From NCBI GenBank assembly GCA_050999585.1, contig JBPCPC010000191.1, positions 1 to 62,486 on the forward strand: a stretch of DNA of 62,486 nucleotides, read 5' to 3'. Each line of letters begins with the position of its first letter. Position 1 is the stretch's first letter. The stretch comes from Solirubrobacteraceae bacterium (lineage in GTDB: Bacteria > Actinomycetota > Thermoleophilia > Solirubrobacterales > Solirubrobacteraceae). Shown piece after piece: positions 31,021 through 41,961 of the stretch. The position numbers and the translations under genes are program-made. The notes beneath the pieces were generated by a model. The model was not told where the DNA came from and did not search any database. It was given only the letters and a program-made list of their open reading frames with translations.

Positions 31021-31851
31021 TCAGCCCCCGGCGGCGCGCGACATCCGCAGCGCCGTCCACTCCGCGCGGGTGCGACGGTCGCGCTCGTCGTATCCGCAGG
31101 CCGCGAAGGCGCCGGCCACCCGATCCGCTTCGGCGCTGAGGATGCCGCTGAGGATCAGCTCGGGCGCCAGCTGTCGTTGCGCGTGAGCCCACTCGATCAG
31201 CGGGCCGGCGAGTACGTTGGCGGCGACCAGATCCGCCGCCGGCACCTGCTCATGGCGCAGATCGAACCGCTGCCCGCGCAGCGCGACCCGGTTGCGCTGG
31301 GCGTTCTCGTCGGTCGCCGCCACCGCGGCCGGGTCGTAGTCCAGGGCGGTCACGGGTGCGTATCCCAGCTTGGCGGCCACGATCGCCAGCACCCCCGAGC
31401 CACAGCCGACGTCTGCGAACGAGCCGGGCGCGCGGCCGCAGGCGCCGAAACGGTCAAGCATCAGCTCCAGGCACAGCCGCGTGGTGGCGTGCGCGCCGGT
31501 CCCGAATGCCTGGGCGGGGTCGATCACCACGTCCAGTGCGGTATCCCCCGGCGGCTCCCAGGGCGGCCGAACCGTCAGCCGGTCGCCGAGCACCAGCGGC
31601 CGGTGGAAGCTGCGCCAGCGCTCTGACCAGTCATCGTCGATCTCCTCGGTGCGCACCGCGACCAGCGCGCCGCCGGCCGCCGCCTCCAGGGCGGGCAGCT
31701 CGGGCAGCTCCCCGGGCGCCCCGTAGACCGCGTACTCGATCACGTCATCGCCAATCTGCACCTCCTCCACCCCACCCGGCGCCAGCTCGATCAGCTCGGC
31801 CAGGACCAGCTCGGCCGCGGCGCGGTCGACCCGGAGCGCGAGCCGAATCAC
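31021..31851 (-). CDS. prmA: Ribosomal protein L11 methyltransferase
   Basis: [41 protein letters not shown]; follows dnaJ. Confidence 0.95.
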   Translation of the reverse strand: MIRLALRVDRAAAELVLAELIELAPGGVEEVQIGDDVIEYAVYGAPGELPELPALEAAAGGALVAVRTEEIDDDWSERWRSFHRPLVLGDRLTVRPPWEPPGDTALDVVIDPAQAFGTGAHATTRLCLELMLDRFGACGRAPGSFADVGCGSGVLAIVAAKLGYAPVTALDYDPAAVAATDENAQRNRVALRGQRFDLRHEQVPAADLVAANVLAGPLIEWAHAQRQLAPELILSGILSAEADRVAGAFAACGYDERDRRTRAEWTALRMSRAAGG

Positions 31852-32999
31852 CCGCCGAAGGCGCGCTTGAGCTTGCCGAGCACGCCGTCCTCGGTGCTCA
31901 GGTTGTGCTCGGTGAGGCTGTCGGCAAGCTTCTCCAGCAGCTCGCGCTGCTCTCGCTTGAGATGGCGCGGGATGACGACGTTGACCACCACCTTGAGGTC
32001 ACCGTGGCGCCGTCCGCGAAGCGCGGGCATCCCCTGGCCGCGGATCGTGAGGGTCTCGTTGGGCTGGGTTCCGGGCGGAATCTCGAGCTCGGTGTCACCC
32101 TCGATCGTCGGCACGGTCACGGTCGTCCCCAACGCCGCCAGCGGAGCGGCGACGTCGACGACGGTCACCAGGTCGTCCTGGCTGCGAACGAAGCGCGTGT
32201 CTTCGCGGACGCGGATCTGCACGTACAGATCGCCGGCCGGGCCGCCGTGCTCCCCCGCGTGGCCGCGTCCGGTGATTCGCATCCGCTGCCCGTCGTCGAT
32301 CCCGGCCGGCACGTCGACGGAGACCGTGACCCGTTGCACCTTCCGCCCACGGCCCGAACATTCCTGGCAGGGGTTGCGGGGCACCTTGCCGTCGCCGCCG
32401 CACTGGTCGCAGGCGGCCGCCCGGACCACCTGGCCGAACGGCGTGCGTGAGACCGCGCGCAGCTGGCCGCTGCCGCCGCACTTGGGGCAGGTCTCGATCG
32501 GTGTGCCCGGCTCGGCGCCGTTGCCGCTGCAGTGCTCGCAGCGGACCACCGCCTCATAGCTGACCTCGATCGCGGCGCCGGATGCCGCCTGCGGGAGTGT
32601 GATCTCGGCGCTGACGGCGACGTCGCCGCCCTGGGCAGCACCGCCGGCTGCCCCGCCGCCGAAGACGCTGGCGAAACCACCGCCGCCGCTGCCGCCGAAG
32701 AACGCCTCGAAGATGTCGGCCACCGAGCCGAAACCCTCGAAGTTGGGCGCATAGCCGCCGCTGCGCAGGCCGTCGTGGCCGTGACGGTCATAGGTCGCCC
32801 GCCGGTCAGCATCAGACAGCACCTCGTAAGCCTCGGCGGCCTCCTTGAACTTGTCCTCGGCGTCGGGATCGTGGCGGTTGACATCGGGATGCAGCTCGCG
32901 GGCGAGCTTGCGGAACGCCTTCTTGATCTCGGCCTCGCCGGCATCGCGGGATACGCCGAGCACCTCGTAGTAATCGCGGGGCATCTGTGAAGCGCTCAC
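31848..32999 (-). CDS. dnaJ: Chaperone DnaJ
   Basis: [11 protein letters not shown], four CxxCxGxG repeats. Confidence 0.97.
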   Translation of the reverse strand: MSASQMPRDYYEVLGVSRDAGEAEIKKAFRKLARELHPDVNRHDPDAEDKFKEAAEAYEVLSDADRRATYDRHGHDGLRSGGYAPNFEGFGSVADIFEAFFGGSGGGGFASVFGGGAAGGAAQGGDVAVSAEITLPQAASGAAIEVSYEAVVRCEHCSGNGAEPGTPIETCPKCGGSGQLRAVSRTPFGQVVRAAACDQCGGDGKVPRNPCQECSGRGRKVQRVTVSVDVPAGIDDGQRMRITGRGHAGEHGGPAGDLYVQIRVREDTRFVRSQDDLVTVVDVAAPLAALGTTVTVPTIEGDTELEIPPGTQPNETLTIRGQGMPALRGRRHGDLKVVVNVVIPRHLKREQRELLEKLADSLTEHNLSTEDGVLGKLKRAFGG

Positions 33000-33006
33000 G
33001 CCGGCA

Positions 33007-34020
33007 TCACCGTTCCTCGTAGATGTCGGCGACGAAGCTCGAAAGCTGAGCTGCGGCCTCGCGGACCGCCCGGATCGCCTCGCCGTAGTCCATCCGCAGC
33101 GGACCGATCACCGAGACTGCGCCGAGCGCGCGCTGCGGCAGCCCGTAGCCGGCGGCGACCAGCGCCAGCGAGCGCAGCGCGGGGAGCTCGTTCTCGGCCC
33201 CGATCCGGACCGCGACGGTGCGCGTGGCGGTCAGCGCAAAGCGCAGCGCGCCAAGCAGCGCGACCCGGCGCTCGAGCGTGTCCATCAGCAGGTTCAGCTC
33301 CGAGACGTCACCGACGCGTTCGGTCGTCAGCAGGTGGGCGGTGCCGTCGAAGTACAGCGTCGCCTGCGCGGACTCCTCCAGCTCCGTGAACACGGGCGCA
33401 ACCGCCTCCAGGAACTCCAGCTCGGTGTGGCTCAGCGAGGGATCGCTCAGCCGCGTATGCAGCATCCGCGCGCCCAGCCCGAGCCCGACCAAGCGCTCGT
33501 TGAGGTAGCTCGAGGCCCAGTCCGAGAGTCCCGGATCGAGCGGGCGGCGAAACGTGAACAGGCGCTTGGAGACGCCGCCGGTGGACGTGATCACGACCAC
33601 CATCAGCACCTGCGGCTGTAGCGCCAGGACCTCGACGTGGCGGATCGTCGAGGTCTCGATCGGCGGCGCAGACACGATCGCGAGCAGATTCGTCACCTGC
33701 GACAGGGTCTCGGTCGTCACCCGCATCGCCTCGTCGAGCTCGCGGCGCACCAACGACAGTGACAGCCCGGGGCCGGGCGACTGCTCCGGCAGCAGCCGGT
33801 CGACAAAATAGCGATACCCGGCCTCGGTGGGCACCCGGCCGGCCGAGGTGTGAGGATGGGCGAGCAAGCCAAGCTCCTCGAGGCTGGCCAGCTCGTGGCG
33901 AATCGTCGACGGGCCCCACTCAAAGGTGGCGCTCAGCGCCTTGGAGCCCACAGGGGAGCCGCCGTCGAGGTACTCCTCGACGAGCCGGCGCATCACGAGC
34001 TCCTGGCGTTCGGTCAACAT
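33007..34020 (-). CDS. hrcA: Heat-inducible transcription repressor
   Basis: [38 protein letters not shown]. Confidence 0.96.
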   Translation of the reverse strand: MLTERQELVMRRLVEEYLDGGSPVGSKALSATFEWGPSTIRHELASLEELGLLAHPHTSAGRVPTEAGYRYFVDRLLPEQSPGPGLSLSLVRRELDEAMRVTTETLSQVTNLLAIVSAPPIETSTIRHVEVLALQPQVLMVVVITSTGGVSKRLFTFRRPLDPGLSDWASSYLNERLVGLGLGARMLHTRLSDPSLSHTELEFLEAVAPVFTELEESAQATLYFDGTAHLLTTERVGDVSELNLLMDTLERRVALLGALRFALTATRTVAVRIGAENELPALRSLALVAAGYGLPQRALGAVSVIGPLRMDYGEAIRAVREAAAQLSSFVADIYEER

Positions 34021-34079
34021 CGACGCTCGATTTTAGTTCGGTCCCCGACGGCCGAACCGGGCGATGGCGCCGACGCGGC

Positions 34080-34466
34080 TTATTCGACGCGGATTTCGGC
34101 GACGCCCGAGCGGATGATCCGCTTCCCGTTCTGGGTCGCCTCGGAGTCGACCAGCGCCGTGTCACCGTCGAGCTCACGGACGGTGCCGCGGACGATGATC
34201 TCCTGCTCGAGCATCCCCATCCCGCGGAACTGCACCGACAGCCGGGCGAGACTTTCCGGGCCGCCCAGAGCCTCGGTGTGGGCGCGCGCCACCTGCGCCA
34301 TCGTCCACAGTCCGTGCAGGATCCGGCCGGGCAGTCCCACCTGGCGCGCGAACTCCTCGTCGATGTGGATGGGGTTGAAGTCGCCCGAGGCGCCGGCGTA
34401 GCGAACCGTCACATAGCGGTCCGGGGTGACCGTCAGCTCCAGCTCGTCGCCGGGCTGCACGCTCAT
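34080..34466 (-). CDS. MaoC-family dehydratase (HadB-like)
   Basis: RYAGASGDFNPIH, ILHG; ATGA overlap with the upstream gene. Confidence 0.92.
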   Translation of the reverse strand: MSVQPGDELELTVTPDRYVTVRYAGASGDFNPIHIDEEFARQVGLPGRILHGLWTMAQVARAHTEALGGPESLARLSVQFRGMGMLEQEIIVRGTVRELDGDTALVDSEATQNGKRIIRSGVAEIRVE

Positions 34467-34906
34467 CCGCCGGCCCTCACGATGCTGGTCCACAGTCCAG
34501 TCGTGACCGTCTCGCCGCGCTGGTTCACCGAGTCGGTCGCAAACACGAAGAACTCCATCCCGCCGCGCTCGGACACGTCGTCGACGGTGGTCTGGGTTAT
34601 GACCTCATCACCCGCCACGATGAGCGGCCCCCAGCGGAACTCCTGGTTACCGTGGACCATGTGAGCGAAATCGATCCCCACCTCGGGGTCAAACAGCGCC
34701 GGGGTCATCGACCGGATGACGAACACGACGGCGAACATCGGCGGCGCCACCACGTCGGCGTACCCGGCCTGCCGGGCGACCTCGGGGTCGAGATGCAGCG
34801 GGTTGCGCTCCCCGATCGCGTGGGCATACTCGATCACCTTCTCGCGCCCGACCGCATAGGTCGTGGGCGGATAGGTCTTGCCGATCGCGGCGGAGTTGAC
34901 TGCCAT
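34463..34906 (-). CDS. MaoC-family dehydratase N-terminal-type hotdog protein (HadA-like)
   Basis: VGREKV.EYA.AIG, APPMF, VHGNQEF. Confidence 0.9.
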   Translation of the reverse strand: MAVNSAAIGKTYPPTTYAVGREKVIEYAHAIGERNPLHLDPEVARQAGYADVVAPPMFAVVFVIRSMTPALFDPEVGIDFAHMVHGNQEFRWGPLIVAGDEVITQTTVDDVSERGGMEFFVFATDSVNQRGETVTTGLWTSIVRAGG

Positions 34907-34932
34907 CAGCGGCGCAGTCTATGACCGCGGCG

Positions 34933-35010
34933 TCAGATGATCACCGGGACGGCACCGCCGTCCACCGACCACGCCGCCCCGGCGACGTTGGCCGCCGGCT
35001 CTGAGCAGAG
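34933..35010 (-). pseudogene. C-terminal remnant of an SDR oxidoreductase
   Basis: Own translation LCSEPAANVAGAAWSVDGGAVPVII*, a typical SDR tail; no upstream SDR body. Confidence 0.75.
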
Positions 35011-35027
35011 CGCGCTACCTTCCGCCG

Positions 35028-35587
35028 GTGAGCATCGCTGCGTTCGCGGACGCTCTGGCACCGGTGCACCAGCAGTACCTGCTGGAGGCGCGCCAGATGC
35101 AGGCGCTGTCGTTCGCGGTCCACATCCCGCTGAATCCGGTCTCGGTGCTCGTTGGCCTGCTGGCGGTCACGTTCTCCGCGTACCTGGCGGCCGTGTATCT
35201 GGCCGCCGACGCCGCACGAGCAGACGATCCGTCACTGCCCCGCACGACACCCTGGTCGCGTTGGTGGTGGCTGTGCTGGCCGGTGGGGCGATCCTGTTCC
35301 CGTCGCTCGGGCTGCTGTTCACGCTGACGCTGCGCGGGCGGCTGTTCCCGGCCTCGGCGGACTCCGTGCCGCCGCCGTCTCGGCCGCTGGATGGGCCCAC
35401 GGTCGCCACGGCCCGGGGACGCGGGCTGGGCGCGCGGCTGGCGGTCGCGCTGCTCGTCATCGGCGTCGGCATGCTCAACGCCGCCAGCGCCCCGTGGGCG
35501 CACGCGATCGGCGTGGTCAGCCTGCTCGGCTTCATTGTGGTCGCGTTCGCGGCGATCGTGCCGCGGGCGCTCGCGCAGGACCGCTGA
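35028..35587 (+). pseudogene. Collapsed cytochrome bd-type oxidase operon remnant (cydA N-terminus joined to cydB pieces)
   Basis: ARQMQALSFAVHIPL (subunit I start), then NPVSVLVGLLAV..SAYLAAVYLAADA, then in another frame APHDTL..LFPSLGLLF.L.LRGRL (subunit II pieces). Confidence 0.75.
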
Positions 35588-35659
35588 ACGGCCGTCGAGA
35601 CCGCCCTGTGGTCGATTGTGCACCGTATAGACGCTTAGATCGACGGATCAGGCGCGCGA

Positions 35660-37003
35660 TCACGGCGACAACGCCGGGCAGCCGACTTCGCCGGCGTCGA
35701 TCGATGCGACCGTGCTGCGCGGGCTGACGTCGCCGTGGGCGGGCTGCCCGCTCGCGTACCCATCGATGCGGCCCTGCGGGGTGCGCACGCTCCAGGTTCC
35801 GCGCTGCGCTGAGCTGATCGAGAACGCGCGACCGTAGAGCCGGCGCCCCCGCGCCAGGGTGTCGCCGAGCCTCAATCCTCGTGCGGTGACCGCGGCAGTG
35901 GCGTCTTTGCCGCGGTACTGATAGCCGACCAGTCGACCGTGGCCGAACACCAGCGTCAGCTCCTGCGCGCGCAGCAGAGCTCCAGTGGCGGGATTGATCA
36001 CGATCGGCCACGACACCTGGACCACCCCGCATTCGGTCGCCGAAGGCGGCAACGCGGGCCTGCCCAGGGTCCGCTCGATCCTGGCCACCGTCGCGGCGCG
36101 CGGGGTGCCGAAGCGCAGGGGTCCAAAGCCGTCGCCGGTGAGCGTCACCGCCCGCCCGGGGTGGTGCGCCGACGACGGGCCGGGCGCGACGAACGGCGGC
36201 GCGGCCAAACGCTCATGAGCCCGGAAGTCAGCCCGGACCGTGCCGGCGCTTCCCCGCCAGCTCGCCGTCTGCGCCTCGCGGCAGCTGCCGTCGCTGCACG
36301 AGGTGGTGCCTGGGACCTCCGCCGTCGCGATGTTGGCACCGACCGCGACGCGTTGCGCGACCGGCGGGCAGCCGGCCCGGCGGGCTCGGCAGGAGAACCT
36401 CCACCGCACACCGACCACGCCGTCGGGCAGGATGCTCGTCCACCGAGTGGCAGGCTCGCCGGGCGCCGAGGACGGCAACGGGATCACGGTGTAGTCATCG
36501 CCCGCGGTGAAGCTCGAACCGGCGACGTCACCGTCGGCGAACACGATCCACAGCCGCAGCACATAGCCGTTCGGGGCCGCCCGGTCGACGGTCAGGAAGA
36601 CCCGCTCGCCGCCGGGCAGACGACGTGCCAGCCGCTCCAGGCCACGGAGTTCGTGCGGGCGCTTGGATCCGTAGTCGGGCCGCCAGGAGCGGTCCGCGGC
36701 GGTCTGGGGCCGCCGCAGGACCGCGAAGTTGGCCTTCAGCTGAGCCAGCGTGGGCACGCGGCCGACGGCCTGCGAGGAGGGCGGCGCGCTCGGCCCCAGC
36801 TGACCGCCACTGCGACCCTGGTGCCCGAGCAGCGCGATCGCCAGCACGGCCACGACCACCGGCACGGCCACGCCGAAGCCCAGCGCGACGTGGCCCAGGC
36901 GGGGACGGCCGCGATCGCGACCCCAGCGGCGCGCCGGCGCCGCCACCGCTCTCGGGACCGCGGTGCGCAGCTCGGACTCGAGCTGCTCGAAGTAATCGCT
37001 CAT
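35660..37003 (-). CDS. Single-TM protein with large extracellular region, putative anti-sigma factor
   Basis: ATGA-coupled to the ECF sigma; short N-terminal helix MSDYFEQLESELR, one TM, Cys pairs outside. Confidence 0.7.
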   Translation of the reverse strand: MSDYFEQLESELRTAVPRAVAAPARRWGRDRGRPRLGHVALGFGVAVPVVVAVLAIALLGHQGRSGGQLGPSAPPSSQAVGRVPTLAQLKANFAVLRRPQTAADRSWRPDYGSKRPHELRGLERLARRLPGGERVFLTVDRAAPNGYVLRLWIVFADGDVAGSSFTAGDDYTVIPLPSSAPGEPATRWTSILPDGVVGVRWRFSCRARRAGCPPVAQRVAVGANIATAEVPGTTSCSDGSCREAQTASWRGSAGTVRADFRAHERLAAPPFVAPGPSSAHHPGRAVTLTGDGFGPLRFGTPRAATVARIERTLGRPALPPSATECGVVQVSWPIVINPATGALLRAQELTLVFGHGRLVGYQYRGKDATAAVTARGLRLGDTLARGRRLYGRAFSISSAQRGTWSVRTPQGRIDGYASGQPAHGDVSPRSTVASIDAGEVGCPALSP

Positions 37004-37563
37004 GAACCCGCCTGCTTGGTCTCTGGCTGGGCCACGCGCGCCCGGACCCGCGCCAGGCCGCGGCTGACCCGCTGGCGCACCACCGACTCCGAGCACTGCA
37101 GCTCGGCCGCCAGCTCGCCGTAGTCGCGCTCGTCGACGATCCGCGCCCGCACCGCGTCGCGCTCGGCGTGCGGCAGCCGCTCGACGGCGGCCGCGATCGC
37201 CCCGTCACCGAGCGCGGCCAGCTCCTCCACCCGCAGCAGATCCTCGTCCTCGAGCGCCAGCGGGTGGATCTGTAGGCGCCGGCGCACGGCGTCCTGCACG
37301 CGGCCTCGGCGGCGGCTCTCGCGCAGCTTGTTGTGGGCGATCCCGATCAGCCAGGGCGCCGCCGAGTCATGTTGGGCCCGGTAGCGACCACAGGAGCCGA
37401 GCGCGACCGCGAACACCTCGCCGGCCAGGTCGGCCGCCAGCTCGGGATCGCCGGTGGCGCGCATGCCGAAGGCGATCACCAGCCCCAGATGGCGCCGGTA
37501 GAACATGGCGAACGCCTCCGCGTCGCCTCGCGCCGTCTGCGCCAGCAGTCTCTCGTCGTCCAT
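37000..37563 (-). CDS. ECF sigma-70 factor
   Basis: AFAMFYRRH, DLAGEVF, WLIGIAHN (region 2); LPHAERDAV...VRQRVSRGL (region 4). Confidence 0.93.
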   Translation of the reverse strand: MDDERLLAQTARGDAEAFAMFYRRHLGLVIAFGMRATGDPELAADLAGEVFAVALGSCGRYRAQHDSAAPWLIGIAHNKLRESRRRGRVQDAVRRRLQIHPLALEDEDLLRVEELAALGDGAIAAAVERLPHAERDAVRARIVDERDYGELAAELQCSESVVRQRVSRGLARVRARVAQPETKQAGS

Positions 37564-37627
37564 CTGTCGGGTATATGCGAGCAGCCGCCGGGTTGTGACG
37601 GTGTCGCTTGTCAGAATCCTCGCGCAC

Positions 37628-38329
37628 ATGTCCGACGATGCCCAGCTCGACAGTCCCGGTCAGACCGCGTTTCTGTTCGATCTCGACGGCACGCTGATCG
37701 ACAGCGTCTACCAGCACGTGCTCGCCTGGAGCGAGGCGCTGCAGGAGGTCGGTCTCAATCTGTCGGTGTGGAAGCTGCACCGCCGGATCGGGATGAGCGG
37801 CGGCCTGTTCGTCAGCGCCCTGGCTCGGGAGCTCGGTGACCAGCTCGACCCCGAGACGCTCGCCCGCCTGCCCGGGCTGCACACCGAGGCATACATCCGC
37901 CACTACGACACCGTGGCGCCACTACCGGGCGCGGTCGAGCTGCTGAGGACCCTGACCGAGCACCAGGTCCCGTGGGCGATCGCCACCAGCGGCGTCGAGC
38001 GCTACGCCGGGCTGGCCCGCGAGCTCCTGGAGCTGCCCGCCGACACGCCGATGGTCACCCGTGACCAGGTCCGCTACGCCAAGCCCGACCCGGACCTGTT
38101 CCTGACCGCGGCGCGACGGATCGGGGTCGACATCCGCAACAGCCTCGTCGTCGGCGACAGCGTCTGGGATCTGCTGGCCGCGCAGCGGGCGCGCGCGCTC
38201 GGGATCGGCCTGCTGTCGGGCGGATACGGTCGCGAGGAGCTGCTGACCGCCGGCGCGTTCCGCGTCTACGAGGATCCGGCCGACCTGCTCGCGCACCTGG
38301 ACGAGGTGGGGGTCCGGCGTCCGCTGTGA
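37628..38329 (+). CDS. HAD-superfamily hydrolase
   Basis: FDLDGTLIDS, IATS, KPDPD, VVGDSVWD. Confidence 0.93.
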   Translation: MSDDAQLDSPGQTAFLFDLDGTLIDSVYQHVLAWSEALQEVGLNLSVWKLHRRIGMSGGLFVSALARELGDQLDPETLARLPGLHTEAYIRHYDTVAPLPGAVELLRTLTEHQVPWAIATSGVERYAGLARELLELPADTPMVTRDQVRYAKPDPDLFLTAARRIGVDIRNSLVVGDSVWDLLAAQRARALGIGLLSGGYGREELLTAGAFRVYEDPADLLAHLDEVGVRRPL

Positions 38330-38368
38330 TGCTTGAGTCCGCCGAGGCGGCGCGCTAGCCTCGACGCC

Positions 38369-38824
38369 ATGGCACGGCGCGAGAGCCTCCGGGCATCGGA
38401 TTCCGATCGGGAGCTGATCGTCGACCGCCTGCACCAGGCCGCCACCGAGGGCCGGATCGTCGCCGAGGAGCTGGAGCAGCGCGTAAGCGCGGCGCTCACG
38501 GCGCGCACGTACCAGGAGCTGGACGCGACCGTCTCTGACCTCCCGGGACCACGCACCGCCCACCGGCGCGAGCCGGCGCGGCGCTCGGGCGGGCAATGGG
38601 TGGTCTCGACGGTCGCTCACAACCCGATGCTGCTGCTGTTCGCGATCCCGTTGGTCGCGGTGACCGCCGCGATGGTGCTGGCCGCGACGATCGTCTGGTC
38701 GGTGCTGATGATCGTCGTGATGGTGCTCGGCGGACGCCCCCGGGTCGGGGCGCCGCCCTGGATCTACGCCCGGCGCCAGGCCGTGCGCCAGGTCCGCCGC
38801 CGCGCCGGCGGCAACTGGGCCTAG
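38369..38824 (+). CDS. DUF1707 (SHOCT-like) membrane protein
   Basis: LRASDSDRE..V..L..A..EGRI..EEL..R...A..ART..EL.....DLP followed by a TM hairpin. Confidence 0.9.
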   Translation: MARRESLRASDSDRELIVDRLHQAATEGRIVAEELEQRVSAALTARTYQELDATVSDLPGPRTAHRREPARRSGGQWVVSTVAHNPMLLLFAIPLVAVTAAMVLAATIVWSVLMIVVMVLGGRPRVGAPPWIYARRQAVRQVRRRAGGNWA

Positions 38825-38971
38825 CCGCTCCGCGAGTTCACACCTGCACTGCTCGCAGGTGGCGCACGTTTACCCCTTGGGTGGGCTGACTGCACCCGGC
38901 GCCGGCTGCATGCTCTGAGCATGCCTTTTGGCGCCCCCCACACCATCCAGCTTCACACCCAAGAGGAAGCA

Positions 38972-39361
38972 ATGAGCAATCGCAGCTCGATCCTTTCCCG
39001 GTGCCGGCGAGGACTCGCCGCCAGCACCCTTGTCGGCATCCTCGCGGCGTTCGTAATGGCAGGCCCCGCCGCCGCCGCCTCCGGACCCTACGGCGCGATC
39101 GCCATCAACCCGCGCACCGGCGGCGCGGGCGTGTCCTACGGCGCGCCCGCCGAGTGCTACGCCAAGACCCAGGCGCTCGACTCCTGTCGCGGCTATTGCA
39201 ACATCGCCGTGTGGGTGCGCAACGGCTGTGCCGCGGTCGTCCGCTCGCCCGGCTACTTCTTCGCCGGCCTCGGGCTGACCCGGGCCGGAGCGATCCGCAA
39301 CGCGCGCTATCGCTCCGACACCTCTGGAACCGCGCTCGTGGCCTGGACCTGCAGCTACTAG
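38972..39361 (+). CDS. Secreted DUF4189-family protein
   Basis: Signal peptide ending AAAA, YGAIA, AL..C...C..AVW.RNGCAAV, C-terminal W.C; AGAGGA RBS. Confidence 0.85.
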   Translation: MSNRSSILSRCRRGLAASTLVGILAAFVMAGPAAAASGPYGAIAINPRTGGAGVSYGAPAECYAKTQALDSCRGYCNIAVWVRNGCAAVVRSPGYFFAGLGLTRAGAIRNARYRSDTSGTALVAWTCSY

Positions 39362-39363
39362 AG

Positions 39364-40095
39364 CTACTGGGGTCCGCGGCGGATCCGCCAGACGACGCCG
39401 ACCATCTCAAACGCGGCCCCGTTGACGGTGCGGCGGTGCAGGTAGCGCTCACGCGCGAGCTCCTGCGCCGCCGCGCCCAGACCCGTTCGCCAGAATTCGG
39501 CGGTCACCACGTCATCGACCCCGTAGTTGGGGTCGTGCAGGTAGGCGACCAGTCCATCGCCGCCGAGCAGCCGCGCGGCCTCCAGCAACACCCCCGGCGG
39601 CACCTGCGAAGCGTCCTCGCCGACCGGCGCCACGCAGGACAGCGCGTTGGCATCAAGCTCGTACAGCGGCCGAGCCTGCTCAGCGGTCAGCGCCAGCAGG
39701 TCGAGGGTCAGGTACCGGTCATAGAGCCCGGGCCGATCGCGCAGCGCTGCGATGCGGGCGGAGGCGACGATGTCGGTGCCGAGCACCGGATGCAGGCCCT
39801 CCGCGACCAGTGCCTCGCCCGAGACGCCGTTGCCGGCGGCCACGTCGAGCACCCGGACCGTCGACCGGGGCCAGCCGGCGCCGTCGACCGCCGCCGCCAG
39901 GATCGCGGCCAGCCGCGCCGGAGAGGCGCACTGCAGGCGTTCCTGGACGATCTGCTCGTACACGCCGGGCAGCGCGTACACGCGCTCGTAGTCGTGCAGG
40001 TGCAGATCCTCGGTGCGTCCATCCTCATGGGTGACGCGGATGATCTCCTGCCCGATCCGCGGGTCGTCCTGCTCGATCAGCTCGGCTCGCAGCAT
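39364..40095 (-). CDS. Class I SAM-dependent methyltransferase
   Basis: RVLDVAAGNG, GTDI motifs. Confidence 0.85.
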   Translation of the reverse strand: MLRAELIEQDDPRIGQEIIRVTHEDGRTEDLHLHDYERVYALPGVYEQIVQERLQCASPARLAAILAAAVDGAGWPRSTVRVLDVAAGNGVSGEALVAEGLHPVLGTDIVASARIAALRDRPGLYDRYLTLDLLALTAEQARPLYELDANALSCVAPVGEDASQVPPGVLLEAARLLGGDGLVAYLHDPNYGVDDVVTAEFWRTGLGAAAQELARERYLHRRTVNGAAFEMVGVVWRIRRGPQ

Positions 40096-40105
40096 CGCGA
40101 TCGGA

Positions 40106-41917
40106 TCAGCGCGCGTCGCCGAGCTCGAGCACGGCCAGGAACGCCTCCTGGGGCACCTCGATCCGACCGACCTGTTTCATCCGCTGCTTGCCCTTCTTCT
40201 GGGCCTCCAGCAGCTTGCGCTTGCGGCTGATGTCGCCGCCGTAGCACTTCGCGATCACGTCCTTGCGGAATGCCTTGATCGTCTCGCGGGCAACGATCCG
40301 CGAGCCGATCGCCGCCTGGATCGGGACGTCGTACTGCTGGCGGGGGATCTTCTCACGGAGCTTCTCGGTCAGCGTGCGCCCGGCGCTCTGGGCCTTGGAG
40401 CGGTGCACGAGCATCGACAGCGCGTCGATCGGGTCGCCGGCGAGCAGGATGTCGAGCTTGACCAGATCAGAGTCGCGCAGGCCGATCAGGTCGTAGTCCA
40501 GCGACGCGTAGCCGCGAGTACGGGACTTCAGCTGGTCAAAGAAGTCGAGCACGATCTCAGCCAGCGGCAGGTCATAGGTCAGCTGGATGCGCTCCGAGGA
40601 GAGGTAGTGCATCCCGGCATGCTCGCCACGGCGGTCCTGACAGAGCTCCATGATCTGGCCGACGAACTCCTTCGGCGACAGGATCGAAGCGCGGATAAAC
40701 GGCTCGCGGACCTCAGCCACGCGGGCGGGATCGGGGAAATCGTTCGGGCTGTGGATCGGCAGCACGGTGCCGTCGGTGAGGGTGACCTCGTACTCGACGC
40801 TGGGCATCGTCGTCAGCAGTTCCAGGTCGTACTCGCGCTCCAGACGCTCGCGCACGATGTCCATGTGCAGCAGACCGAGGAACCCGCAGCGAAAGCCGAA
40901 GCCGAGCGCCTCCGAGGTCTCCGGCTCCCAGCGCAGCGCCGCGTCGGTGAGGGTGAGCTTCTCCAGCGCGTCGCGCAGGTCGGGGTAATCGTCGGACTCA
41001 ATCGGGAACAGGCCGCAGAAGACCATCGGCTTGACCTCGCGGTAGCCGGGCAGTGGCTCGGAGGCGCCGTGGTGAAGCGTGGTCAGCGTGTCCCCGACAC
41101 GCAGCGCGCTGACGTCCTTGATCCCGGTGATCAGGAAGCCCACCTCGCCCGCGTGCAGCGCCTTGGCCGGGGTCATCTGCGGCGTGAAGAAGCCGATGTC
41201 GTCGATCTCCGCCTCGGTGCGGGCCTGCATCGCCCGGATCGCCTCGCCCTTGGTGAAGGTGCCGTCGACGACCCGGATGTAGGCGATCACGCCGCGGTAC
41301 TGGTCAAACTCGGAGTCGAAGATCAGCGCCCGCGGCGGTGCCTCGGGGTCGCCGTCGGGCGGCGGCACACGCGCGATCAGCTCATCGAGCACGTCGGTGA
41401 TCCCCTCACCCGTCTTGGCGCTGATCCGCCGGACCGCGTCCGCGGGCTCGCCGAGCAGGTCCGCCACTTCCTCGGCGACGCGTTCGGGCTCGGCGCCGGG
41501 CAGGTCGACCTTGTTCAGGCACGGGATCAGCTCGAGACCGGCCTCGACCGCCAGGTAGGTGTTGGCGACCGTCTGGGCCTCGACCCCCTGGGAGGCGTCG
41601 ACAACCAGCAGCGCGCCCTCGCATGCCGCCAGCGAACGCGACACCTCATAGGTGAAATCGACGTGACCCGGGGTGTCGATCAGTTGCAGCTGATACGTCT
41701 GACCGTCATTGGCGGAGGTGTAGAAGACCCGTACCGCCTGGCTCTTGATCGTGATCCCGCGCTCGCGCTCGAGGTCCATCGAGTCCAGCAGCTGGGCCCG
41801 CATCGCCCGCGGGTCGACAGTGTGCGTGAGCTCCAGGATCCGATCGGCCAGCGTCGACTTGCCGTGATCGATGTGGGCGATGATCGAGAAGTTGCGGATG
41901 TGAGCCTGGTCAGCCAT
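40106..41917 (-). CDS. lepA: Elongation factor 4
   Basis: [45 protein letters not shown]. Confidence 0.98.
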   Translation of the reverse strand: MADQAHIRNFSIIAHIDHGKSTLADRILELTHTVDPRAMRAQLLDSMDLERERGITIKSQAVRVFYTSANDGQTYQLQLIDTPGHVDFTYEVSRSLAACEGALLVVDASQGVEAQTVANTYLAVEAGLELIPCLNKVDLPGAEPERVAEEVADLLGEPADAVRRISAKTGEGITDVLDELIARVPPPDGDPEAPPRALIFDSEFDQYRGVIAYIRVVDGTFTKGEAIRAMQARTEAEIDDIGFFTPQMTPAKALHAGEVGFLITGIKDVSALRVGDTLTTLHHGASEPLPGYREVKPMVFCGLFPIESDDYPDLRDALEKLTLTDAALRWEPETSEALGFGFRCGFLGLLHMDIVRERLEREYDLELLTTMPSVEYEVTLTDGTVLPIHSPNDFPDPARVAEVREPFIRASILSPKEFVGQIMELCQDRRGEHAGMHYLSSERIQLTYDLPLAEIVLDFFDQLKSRTRGYASLDYDLIGLRDSDLVKLDILLAGDPIDALSMLVHRSKAQSAGRTLTEKLREKIPRQQYDVPIQAAIGSRIVARETIKAFRKDVIAKCYGGDISRKRKLLEAQKKGKQRMKQVGRIEVPQEAFLAVLELGDAR

Positions 41918-41961
41918 GCCGCACTGAAGGGTAGAAGCGCCGCGGAGGCGGCCGGATTCGG

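Noticed and set aside
34020-34080. CIRCE operator upstream of hrcA
   Set aside because: No TTAGCACTC-N9-GAGTGCTAA; only a short hairpin and a -10 box.
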